This document shows positions 25,300 to 37,200 of a DNA stretch of 64,000 nucleotides, one piece after another (positions within the stretch are counted from its first letter, which is position 1; every line of letters starts with the position of its first letter). The notes under the pieces are model-generated. The model saw only the letters and a program-made list of their open reading frames with translations. It made no database searches and was not told the origin of the DNA. The translations under genes and the position numbers were made by a program. Location of the stretch: the NCBI GenBank assembly GCA_039621445.1, contig CP154954.1, positions 32,078,012 to 32,142,011 on the forward strand. The letters run 5' to 3'. This DNA is from Euglena gracilis (lineage: Eukaryota).

Positions 25300-26100
25300 T
25301 GTTTTAATTATTTCCTAGTGTGCTTTGTGTCAATGCGTGTATCCAGTCTCCTGCAGTGGATCCTGCCAGCCGGCAGACAGATTTTCTGAACCTCATTTCC
25401 TGTGAAAATGAGGGGGTACATTACTTCTTAGAGCAATTGTGCAAGCGATTACACCGTTTCAACATCCCATTAAATGGCAAATGCACTTTCGTTTTTCACG
25501 ACGAAGATGGATCATGAACTTTTCTCCTGATGCCTGCTGAAAAAGGTCCTTCTGCATGTCTTCCACCCCCCGGCTCTTAATGCCTTCCCCGTTGTCCGGT
25601 GGTGAGCGCTGAAACTGGAGCCCTCAGCTCTCGGCCGATCTGTCAGCCGACAACACTGTAATTCTCTCCCCACCTGCCAGATATCTCACCTTTCAAACGT
25701 GTGCACCGTGTATATTCTTCCCAGGTCCCCATCTCCGGTTCTGAATGGCCGTGCGTGTGGAGGGCAAAAAAAGGCTTTCCCAGAAACTCTCCTTTGCATT
25801 TTTGTTATTTTGGAAAACAGGAATGGGGAGCCTGTTTTTTTGACAAGTTCTGGGGAACACTACGAGGGGTCGACTGCCGCAGAAACAGTCGTCTGGACAC
25901 TTGTCAATAAACCCCCTTTTCGGGTCTTCCACGTGTTTTCAGTGATGCTCGGGCTACAAAACATGATTTCTGGCATCGACAAAACCTGGCCATTAGGGGG
26001 AAAAGGAGGTTTGGGCATGTCCCTGAGGTCACTAAAAATTCAGCTGGGACCACCCCAGCCAAAACCCCTGAACAAGATGGGCAAATCTCACTCTTTCTCC
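25300..26100 (-). pseudogene. Possible Mutator/MULE transposase fragment (second copy ~29410-30200)
   Basis: PVFQNNKNAKESFWESL resembles the MULE TNNxxESx motif, followed by a SWIM-like RKCICHL...RCK/N segment. Heavily disrupted. Confidence 0.25.
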
Positions 26101-26945
26101 TCAACGATTGAAATACAAAATGTGTAACTCCGTTTGCACAATAGCGCAAAAAAATGGCAAAAGTTTTCCAATCTGGACAAAAATGACGGAAAACAAAATG
26201 ACAGGAAAAAAATGACGGGGAAAAACGATGGGAAAATTTTCATTTTGGAAAATTAATGATTGGAAAATTCAGCTTTGATTGAAAATGGTAATGATTTTTC
26301 CCACTTGTGATGGAATTTTTTGCAAAAATGGCACCTAAAAATAGCAACAAATTTTCAAAATTGGTCTTCTTCTGGGTGCCTTTTTTGTGATTTTTTTCAA
26401 AACAAGACAAATCCAAAATTGAACGTACAGCCCAGACAAAAATTACGGGAAACACAATTTTTGGGAAACCACCAAAATTTTCCCAAAAAATTTTCCCCCA
26501 CCGCAGAGTTTCAACGCCTCTTTTGAGCCAATCCAAAGGGACGCGCCATCGAAGGACACGGACACTGTCCACGGTCTACGAAGGGTAACCTACAAATAAT
26601 TTTGTCGACAGCCCAACGGCCATTGGAAAGCCCTCCTTGGGCGTGGACCAATGAAAAGGAATACAGGGCAAACGAATAAAACAATTTGTCGCTGTACATG
26701 TTATCGTTCCCCAAAAGACGCAATCTCTTTGGGAATCGTTATAAGAAAGCCTGTACACCACACAAGGTTGTCGGTGGGATGAACTCAAATATAAACACAC
26801 GTTAAAAAACCTGCAATATATAATAAATGTCCATAAAAAAGCGAGTGCTTCTGAAAATACTGAAAAGGTTCGAAGTGATTTCTTAAAATGTAGAAATAGG
26901 AGCAAAGTTTTAGGTTCAACCCCAATTCTCCAGAAGCACAATATA

Positions 26946-27352
26946 AACCCCCCCCAAATATAAACCCCCCCCGGTTTTATATTTGGGCGGAAATTTCAAA
27001 ACCCCGAGGGGGGGGGGTTTGTTTATATTTGGGGGGGGGGGTTATATTCGGTCAGAAAAATCAACTTCCCGGCGGGCTCCAGTAGTCACTTTTGCGGTCC
27101 AAAATCACAAATACGACCACCCTTGGGGGTCCAAAAACTTCATTTTTTAGGCGAAGGAGCAATTTTCACACGTTTTTTGGTAAAAATTGCTCCCAAATCC
27201 GCCAAAAATCACAATTTCGGGGGAGATTTTGTCGAAAAAATTTTCCTTCCGGCGCTTCGCGCCGGAGGGGGGGGGGGTTATATTCGGGCGGGATTTCAAG
27301 GTCCTCAGGGGGGGTTTTATATTTGGGGGGGGTTTGTATTTCGGGGGGGGTT
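26946..27352. mobile_element. TA-flanked MITE with AAC8 termini
   Basis: Termini AACCCCCCCC / GGGGGGGGTT; TA duplicated; empty sites (CACAATATA-YCTTGC) at ~31420 and ~36480. Confidence 0.9.
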
Positions 27353-30300
27353 TATCTTGCTCTGCAAAAAAATAAGGACTCGCAAAATGCTGATTCCTTT
27401 TGCATTACGTTCTCGTTTGTGTCAGTTTACATGCACTAATTTAACCACTACCCCCCCCCCCTTTGCAGGGATGGGAATGTGTGAAAAGTGGGTTTCTTTT
27501 CTTTATTTGGGGACTCTCCCTTTTATGCCCTAGAAAATTAGCAAGATGATTCATACAGCAATCCAAAATAAAATGACAAGAAAAACGGTACAGAACGCTT
27601 CCCATTCCGTCCAAACGCTGCACACCATAATGGATGGGATGGTCGATAGAGGGGGGAGGAAAGAAAGATGTCGGTTGTAGGGTGGAGCAGGGCTGTACGG
27701 GAAGGTCTGGGAGCGTCGACCCACCCCCAGCCACAACAAGAAACGTTTGACCAAAAAATCGCCCCCGAAATATGGGAAGGTCCGGTGGAGGGGGATGAAC
27801 CCCCAGTCATGATGGGGTGGGGGGTGGTCGACCTTGCGGACAGCCCTGGGGTGGGGAGAGACCGGCCACAGGTCTCTCCTCACACAAACAGTGCAGGTGA
27901 GGGGGAGCAAATAATGCGGTTTGAGGCCAGGAAGCAAGCCTTCTGCACGACGTGAATAGTGGAGGTGCGGCGAGGCACTCACCGAAGGGATCTGAATTTA
28001 GTGACCAAGCACCCTCGTCAGCCAACCAGGTTTCAATAAGGTTGCCCTTCGTCTTGAAGTGAGTGATCGATTGTTGGAGCTAAACCTCCAAACCACTTAT
28101 AAGTCCCCCCGGCGTTCGTACAACCTGATTTGTTTGGCCGGCCGAAGGCAAGGTTTGTAAATAGGGGGATTTAAATGAAAGAATTGTTTGGCTAATTGCA
28201 AAACAACCCCCAGGTAAGGTAATTGAAAAGTTTTTTTTTCCTTCAGAATGGCATTTCGCTTGGTTCGGTTGGATCTTGATCTTGACTTTGGGGGAGGGGG
28301 TCCAAGGTGGTCGAGATGCTTGACCCCCCCTCTTCGAGATTTGTCAAGGTTTTGTCCAAAAGAAATAATGGCCAAAGCGACCAAATACGGCGGAAAAGGT
28401 GCCCAAAACTGACCAAAAAGCAGTGGAAAACAGTCAAGAGCTCCCGAAGACAGCCAAAAGCAGGCAACAGGAGCCAGAGGCAGCAAGCAGTAGCCAAAGG
28501 CGGTCAAAAATGCCCCCAAAAAAGCTCCAAGTGAGCAAACACGCCCAAGAAAGCCATAAGTTGCAAAAATGGCCACTGGTTGTTGTTGTTGCAAAAATAC
28601 CAAAAAATGACCACATATTGCCGAAAAACTGGTCAACAATTACCAGAGTGGCCAAAAGATGACCAGGAATGGCAAAAAAAAAGGCTAACTCAACCCCTTT
28701 CCACACCTTTTAAAATTTGATTGCATTTTAAACCCACTTTGTACCCCCTCCAGATTTTTCGAGGTTTCAATATTTTCGAGAAGTTTGAGATTCTTCGAGA
28801 AGTCGAGATGGTTCAAGGTTCACAATATGACTTGCTCTTGGTCAGAAAACAGTGATGAGAGCTTGTTAATCAGCTTCTTCAGGTTGTTACTTTTCCATGG
28901 GCAGCAACGGCAGTCATGTAAGCAGGAACCGTTGCTGCGAGACGCTTGGGAGGGCGGGGGCGCAAGGAAGGTGATGAGTGCAGCGAGATAAGTACAATCT
29001 GGGGAGACTCGTATCGGCAGAGGGGGTTGGGGGTCTTCAAAGGTATATGGCGGTAATGTCTGTGGTTGGATTGGTCCGGGAGGACGGGAGCACTGGAGAG
29101 CGTGGTGCGGTCCCAAAGTAATCCTTCCCAGCTGGACCGGGGGGTCCAATCCCCCCACCCCCCACCCCCCAACCTGCCCTTATACCAAAGCCTGCCCCCA
29201 ACCCCCGGAGTCCAGCCAACACCTTTGTCCAGCCAGCCGGCCGGAGCTGGCCCCCAGGCCCGGGTATGGGTTTCAGCACGAAGCACTGGACGATTTTGGG
29301 AAATACTGTCCGCCGGCCCAATTGTCTAATATATCTGGGGGGGGGGGAAGTAGGTACTAGGCAGTCACTTGGTGTTCTCCACACCTCGGTGAAAACAAGG
29401 GCTCTTGTATCTGTTTTAATTATTTTCTAGTGTGCTTTGTGTCAATGCGTGTATCCAGTCTCCTGCAGTGGATCCTGCCAGCCGGCAGACAGAATTTCTT
29501 CACTTCATTTCCTGTGAAAATGAGGGTGTACATTACTTTTTAGAGCAATTGTGCAAGCACTTACACCGTTTCAACATCCCATTAAATGGCAAATGCACCT
29601 TTGTTTTTCACGACGAAGATGGATCACGAACTTTCCTCCTGATGCCTGCTGAAAAAGGTCCTTCTGCGCGTTTTCCAGCCCCGGCTCTTAATGCCCTTCC
29701 CCGCTGTCCGGTCGTGAGCGCTGAAACTGGAGCCCTCGGCTCTCGGCCGATCTGTCAGCCGACAACACTGTAATTATCTCCCCACCTGCCAGATCTCTCA
29801 CCTTCCAAACGTGTGCACCGTGTATATTCTTCCCAGGTCCCCATCTCCGGTTCTGAATGGCCGTGCGTGTGGAGGGCAAAAAAAGGCTTTCCCAGAAACT
29901 CTCCTTTGCATTTTTGTCATTTTGGAAAACAGCAATGGAGAGCCTGTTTTTTTCACAAGTGCTGGGGAACACTACGAGGGGTCGACTGCCGCAGAAACAG
30001 TCATCTGGACACTTGTCAATAAACCCCTTTTCGGGTCTTCCGTGTGTTTTCAGTGATGCTCGGGCTACAAAACATGATTTCTGGCATCGACAAAACCTGG
30101 CCATTAGGGGGACAAAAGAGGTTTGGGCATGTCCCTGAGGTCACTGAAAATTCAGCTGGAACCACCCCAGCCAAACCTTTGAACAAGATGGGCAAATCTC
30201 ACTCTTTCTCCTCAACGATTGAAACACAAAATGTGTCACTCCGTTTGCACAATAGCGCAAAAAAGGGCAAAAGTTTTCCAATCTGGACAAAAATGACGGA

Positions 30301-30842
30301 AACAAAATGACAGGAAAAATGACGGGGAAAAATGATGGGAAACTATTCATTTTGGAAAATTGATGATTGGGAAATTCAGCTTTGATTGAAAATGGTAATG
30401 ATTTTTCCCACTTGTGATGTAAATTTTTGCAAAAATGGCACCTAAAAAAATTGCAACAACTTTTCAAAATTGGTCTCCTTCTGGGTGTCTTATTGTGTTT
30501 TTTTTTTTTCAAAACAAGACAAATCCAAAATTGAACGTCCACAGTCTACGAAGGGTAACCTACAGATGAATGGCCAGGGAAACAGCCATCACACACACAT
30601 GGCAGTTGCAGATCAGAAATAATCAAGTGGTTGCTTGCCACACTCACAAGGACAGAGGGGTTCTGGTTGCAATGTGGCCAGCATGACTTCTCAGGCTTTG
30701 TTGTGATTTTTTTTTCAAATGTCCCTATTTTACCGACAGCTGAACGGCCATTGGAAAGCCCTCCTTGGGCGTGGACCAATGAAAAGGAATACAGGGCAAA
30801 CAAATAAAACAATTTGTCGTTGTACATGTTATCATTCCCCAA

Positions 30843-31202
30843 CACATATGGCACAAAGTGGGGCCCCCATACCTGGGGTATGGGGGTGGTATGGGGTATG
30901 GGGTATGGGGTATGGGGTATGGGGTATGGGGTATGGGGTATGGGGAAAAAGGTGAGGTTTATTTTTTTGCCGGGGGGGGTCCGGGGGGGCGGGAGCCCCC
31001 CCCCAGGCACTCGAACAGTTTCATACGTTGCGCGATTAGCTTGCAAAAGAGGTCCGTGATTAAGATGAGGTTTATTTTGGGGGTTATTGGGGTATGGGGT
31101 ATGGGGTATGGGGTATGGGGTATGGGGTATGGGGTATGGGGTATGGGGTATGGGGTACGGGGTATGGGGGTGGTATGGGGGCCCCACTTTGTGCCATGAC
31201 TC
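30843..31202 (+). mobile_element. hAT-like MITE with (GGGGTAT)n arrays
   Basis: Perfect 26-bp inverted repeat (30848-30873 / 31172-31197); TSD TTCCCCAA (30835-30842, 31203-31210); empty site at 26707-26714. Confidence 0.9.
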
Positions 31203-34200
31203 TTCCCCAAAAGACGCAATCTCTTTGAGAATCATTTTTAGCCTGTATCTGTATACCACACAAGGTTGTCGGTGGGATGAATTCAAATATAAACCCACGT
31301 TAAAAAACCTGTGTCCATAAAACATGGAGTGTTTATGAAATTACTGAAAAGGTTCGAAACTTAAAATGAAGAAATAGGAGCAAAGCTTTAGGTTCAACCC
31401 CAATTCTCCAGAAGCACAATATATCTTGCTCTGCAAAAAAATAAGGACTCGCAAAATGCTGATTCCTTTTGCATTACGTTCTCGTTTGTGTCAGTTTACA
31501 TGCACTAATTTAACCACTACCCCCCCACCCCCTTTGCAGGGATGGGAATGTGTGAAAAGTGGGTTTCTTTTGTTTATTTGGGGACTCTCCCTTTCGTGCC
31601 CAAGAAAATGAGCAAGATGATTCATACTGCAATCCAAAATAGAATGACGAGAAAAACGATACAGAACGCTTCCCATTCCGTCCAAACGCTGCACACCATA
31701 ATACATAGGATGGCCGATAGAGGGGGGAAGGAAAGAAAGATGTCGGTTGTAGGGTGGAGCAGGGCTGTACGGGAAGGTCCGAGGGCGTCGACCTACCCCC
31801 AGCCACAACAAGAAACGTTTGACCAAAAAATCGCCCCCGAAATATGGGAAGGTCCGGTGGAGGGGGATGAACCCCCAGTCATGATGGGTGGGGGGTGGTC
31901 GACCTCGCGGACAGCCCTGGGGTGGGGAGAGACCGGCCACAGGTCTCTCCTCACACAAACAGTGCAGGTGAGGGGGAGCAAATAATGCGGTTTGAGGCCA
32001 GAAAGCAAGCCTTCTGCACGGCGTGAATAGTGGAGGTGCGGCGAGGCACTCACCGAAGGGATCTGAATTTAGTGACCAAGCACCCTCGTCAGCCAACCAG
32101 GTTTCAATAAGGTTGCCCTTCGTCTTGAAGTGAGTGATCGATTGTTGGAGCTAAACCTCCAAACCACTTATAAGTCCCCCCGGCGTTCGTACAACCTGAT
32201 TTGTTTGGCCGGCCGAAGGCAAGGTTTGTAAATAGGGGGATTTAAATGAAAGAATTGTTTGGCTAATTGCAAAACAACCCCCAGGTAAGGTAATTGAAAA
32301 GTTTTTTTTTCCTTCAGAATGGCATTTCGCTTGGTTCGGTTGGATCTTGATCTTGACTTTGGGGGAGGGGTCCAAGGTGGTCGAGATGCTTGACCCCCCC
32401 TCTTCGAGATTTGTCAAGGTTTTGTCCAAAAGAAAAATGGCCGAAGCGACCAAAGGCGGCGGAAAAGGTGCCCAAAGCTGACCAAAAAGCAGTGGAAAAC
32501 AGTCAAGAGCTTCCGAAGACAGCCAAAAGCAAGCAACAGGAGCCAGAGGCAGCAAGCAGTAGCCAAAGGCGGTCAAAAATGCCCCCAAAAAAGCTCCAAG
32601 TGAGCAAACACGCCCAAGAAAGCCATAAGTTGCAAAAATGGCCACTGGTTGTTGTTGCAAAAATACCAAAAATGAACGCAAATTGCCGAAAAACTGGTCA
32701 ACAATTACCAGAGTGGCCAAAAGGTGACCAGGAATAGCAAAAAAACGGCCAACTCAACCCCTTTCCAAACCTTTTAAGGTTTGATTGCATTTTAAACCCA
32801 CTTTGTACCGCCCTCCGGATTTTTCGAGGCTTCAAGATTTTCGAGAAGTTTGAGATTCTTTGAGAATGGTTAAAGGTTCACAATATAACCTTGCTCTTGG
32901 TCAGAAAACAAGTGATGAGTGCTTGTTAATCAGTTTCTTCAGGTTCAACAATGAAACGGCAAATGCATATCCGTTTGTTTTCAGATGGTCAAACGGAAAC
33001 ATTACCACCAAAAGAAAACTGAGAGGAACTCATCTGTAAGGAGAGGACAAGCAACAAAGGAATACTTCCTTGCCGAGCAAAAAAAAGCATATGGTGGCAA
33101 TCTAGACGGTCCGAACACCCCCTGTTCATTGGGCAAGGGTGTTCTTTTCAGGGGGTACTTTTCCATGGGCAGCAAGGAGCAGGAACCGTTGCTGCGAGAC
33201 GCTTGGGAGGGCGGGGGCGCAAGGAAGGTGATGAGTGCAGCGAGATAAGTCCAATCTGGGGAGACTCGTACGGGCAGAGGGGGTTGGGGGTCTTCAAAGG
33301 TATATGGCGGCAAAGTCTGGTTGGATTGGTCCGGGAGGAGTGACAGCTTTATGCCCCACAGCATGGATGCTCAACGCACCTAAGTTTGACAAAAGGCAAA
33401 TCAGTCATGCATTCAGTGAAGAACTCGCTTTAATGTCTGTTTTGCAGACGAACTGAGCTATATTGCTCCGAAAAATCTGTGTCTGTAAGAATCTATTTGT
33501 GGTTCAGACTGTGACACCTCCTTGTAAGCTGATCATTGCTGGTGACAACGACTGAAAATCAATATTAATCAGCTTTTTTCCTCTGACCCAAACTGGGCTG
33601 GGAAATCTTCACTGGGGGCAATTGGGAATGACCAATCGAGGAATGGAAATGTTGGCAGAACGAAATCCCGCCAAATTTCTACCATTTTGGCCAAGGTTGC
33701 CAGATTTTGCATATGTTTTTTTTGAGAATTTCCAGAAAATAACCAGTGTTTTCTATTGAAAGAAAATTGGCAGGACACAATTTGCTATTTTGGCCGAGAC
33801 CAAGGAAGTTTTTCATCTCAAAATTTTATCCAATTTCCTTTGGCATCAATCCCCCCCTGTATAGGGTCCTGTCTCCCACCTTTGTGCTCAATGATTTGTT
33901 TGGAGCAGTTTCCCACAGGGGTTATGATGTTATGATAAATTTGTCCACACAAAAGAACAGACGTTGAAAGGTATTTTATGGCAAAGTCTCCGCAAATACC
34001 AAGGCCTAGAAAGATTTGTCCGGCACATTTCTGTGTCATCTCTGTTTCCAGCAGACAAATAGCCACATGTATGATAAACCCAGTGTACTCTGTTGTTGCA
34101 GCGTTCCCCTTCTATGATGCTGCTCCCAATATTTGTTTTATTTTTTCGCTTCATATTATCAGTTTTTAAGCTGCAGGGGACCCCACCCCCTGAGGAGGTC

Positions 34201-37200
34201 CAGACAGCCAGCACCTTTTTTCCCTGCCAGACTATGGATCCCCCAAACGCCCAACCCTCCCCCCCCCCAACCTGTGGGCCGGGTCTTTTTTTTTAAAAAA
34301 AAAGACCCGGGGTTCCCTTGCCTCACCCAGCCTGGCGTGGGACCACCCCGGGACACTCCCAACAATTGGGCCGTCGGACAGCATTTCCCAAAATCGTCCA
34401 GTGCTTCGTGCTGAAACCCATACCCGGGCCTGGGGGCCAGCTCCGGCCGGCTGGCTGGACAAAAGTGCTGGCTGGACTCCGGGGGTTGGGGGCAGGCTTT
34501 GGTATAAGGGCAGGTTGGGCGTGGCGGGTGGAGGGATTGGACCCCCCGGTCCAGCTGGGAAGGATTACTTTGGGACCGCACCACGCTCTCCAGTGCTCCC
34601 CTACCACCCAAATGAACCATTCCGGCCCATGTTGTCCTCATCCTTCGTCATTTTACTGCCTTCGGGGGTTATGGGTCAAATGGGCATCAAAGCTACGTTG
34701 TCAAGGTGTGGAAAGCAGCAAAACAAGGGCCTAGGGGGGGATAGGGAAAGAATTGCAAAGAGGAAGCAAAGCCCATCTCTCGGCCTCTTCAGTGTTGTTC
34801 TCTCGCAAGATACAATTATTACAGGCCACGTTCAAAGTTCCTGAGTGTTTTGAATGCTAAAGCCAAACGAAGCCATGTCCATTTTAAAACAAGAATCTAT
34901 TGGTTCAAAAGAAGAGGTGGATAATTCATTTGTTGATCTGATCGCCAGGAACCTTGGAAAAGGCCTGGTCGTTGTATCAAGGAGGTGGGTATAGGGTGGA
35001 TGCAAGCGACGGGACAACTGAACAACGACAGTGCAAGGTGGAATCGTGTGCTGCTTCAGCACAAAAAATCACAAACCACACCTCACCAAACCACTCCCGG
35101 TCAATCATAACTAAATATGAGCAATCTAAAAATAACCTAACATGGAACTTTGAAAGAATTGTTGCTTCTTCATCTCCTGCTGGTGAAAAGATTCAAAAAT
35201 CCAACAAGCATTATGCAGCATGAAATGCATGTTTCAGACAATAAATATCCATTCAGAAAATTTATCATTGTTTGATAATGTTAAAGAAATACCCTAGGAA
35301 CACATTTTTAAGTGGTCTTTGTGAGTTTGTGGTCAAATGAGCTGCCCTTGGGGCATCTAACTTTGGCGGCTAAATAAGACCTCAGTTTATGATGCAAGCG
35401 GCAAAAGGTTTACATGGGCAAAAACGGTGCCATGGGGTGTCTTATATCGTTGCCTTCGCTCCCTCTCCTCAAGGATCTTTTCTTCCATCAGAAAATCAGA
35501 CTTTATCTCGAAATTGCAGAGGCGCTTATTACAGGTGGGTTCTCCAACCACCCAATGGGGGGGCGGTCGACCCACTCAACTTTAAAAGCCAAAAAACCCA
35601 GGTGGACTGGTCCTGGCTGCAACCCCTCCCACCCAACCAACCCCAGAAGGGAAGGCGAGGTTAAATGAAGGTGTGCTTGAGATAAATGATGCAAGGATTT
35701 GAATGTCTTGCCAGGAATTTTTATCTCCCCCCAAGGATCCGCCCTGAGATGAGTTTGAGCAGGAGCGTCGGGGGCGACGTTTGGGGGACACGTTCACAGG
35801 CAGGAGGACGGTTGAAGCACAAAAAGGGAGGAGTTCAGGGTGAGGGGCAATTTCGATCCAACTTATCGGGATGTTCCATTCAAGCAATAATGGTGATGAC
35901 CCATGCGAGGTATCCACCTGGCCCAACCCTGGGGGGGGGGGGGGCTCGGCCGGGACCCACCCACTCCCCCAAGGGTCACGAAACTTTTAAAAAATCTCTG
36001 GATGGCAGAGGGGGTGGGGTGTCTTCAGAGCTATATGGAGTGGCGGTGTGTCAGCGGCTGGGTGGGTGGCTGGGGGAAGGGGAGGCCCTAAACCAGTGGA
36101 GGACAGCAGCACTCCCGGCAGCCCGCACAACCCCAGCAGCCCAGCCCCCAGCCGGCACCTGATCCCAACCTCCCACTCCCCCCCATGCCACAGCCTCCCC
36201 CTCCAGCTCAGTTCACCTGGTAGGAGCGGACGACCGAGGTCCTCCTCCCTTTCATGAGAAGTGAGCCGGGGGGTGGACGCCATTTTTCAGTCCCCCTCCC
36301 AACAGCATTTGATTGAATGAAGCGCGCCGTGAACACACGAAACTCACTCTGGAAAAGGGGGCTCAGTGGAGGCATTTTTAAAACAAATGAAAATGGTTTA
36401 AATCCTGAAAAAGTTCGAAACTTAAAATGAAGAAATAGGAGCAAAGTTTTAGGTTCAACCCCAATTCTCCAGAAGCACAATATACCTTGCTCTGCAAAAA
36501 AATAAGGACTCGCAAAATGCTCATTCCTTTTGCATTACGTTCTCGTTTGTGTCAGTTTACATGCACTAATTTAACCACTACCCCCCCACCCCCTTTGCAG
36601 GGATGGGAATGTGTGAAAAGTGGGTTTCTTTTCTTTATTTGGGGACTCTCCCTTTTATGCCCTAGAAAATTAGCAAGATGATTCATACTGCAATCCAAAA
36701 TAGAATGACGAGAAAAACGATACAGAACGCTTCCCATTCCGTCCAAACGCTGCACACCATAACGGATGGCCGATGGAGGGGGGAGGAAAGAAAGATGTCG
36801 GTTGTAGGGTGGAGCAGGGCTGTACAGGAAGGTCTTGGGACGTCGACCCACCCCCAGCCACAACAAGAAACGTTTGACCAAAAAATCGCCCCCGAAATAT
36901 GGGAAGGTCCGGTGGAGGGGGATGAACCCCCAGTCATGATGGGTGGGGGGTGGTCGACCTCGCGGACAGCCCTGGGGTGGGGAGAGACCGGCCACAGGTC
37001 TCTCCTCACACAAACAGTGCAGGTGAGGGGGAGCAAAGAATGCGGTTTGAGGCCAGGAAGCAAGCCTTCTGCACGGCGTGAATAGTGGAGGTGCGGCGAG
37101 GCACTCACCGAAGGGATCTGAATTTAGTGACCAAGCACCCTCGTCAGCCAACCAGGTTTCAATAAGGTTGCCCTTCGTCTTGAAGTGAGTGATCGATTGT

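Larger units (their letters stand above)
25228..33340 (+). repeat. Diverged ~4.1-kb tandem duplication (third partial copy ~36410-37830)
   Basis: 25228-~29085 aligns with ~29338-33340; paralogous ORFs (MLCVNACIQ..., MADEGAWSLN...); different MITE insertions in each copy. Confidence 0.93.

Noticed and set aside
30546..31325. 259-aa ORF with PHTPYPI repeats, and the opposite-strand GMGYGVW ORFs
   Set aside because: These arise from the GGGGTAT heptamer arrays of a MITE that is absent from the paralogous site.
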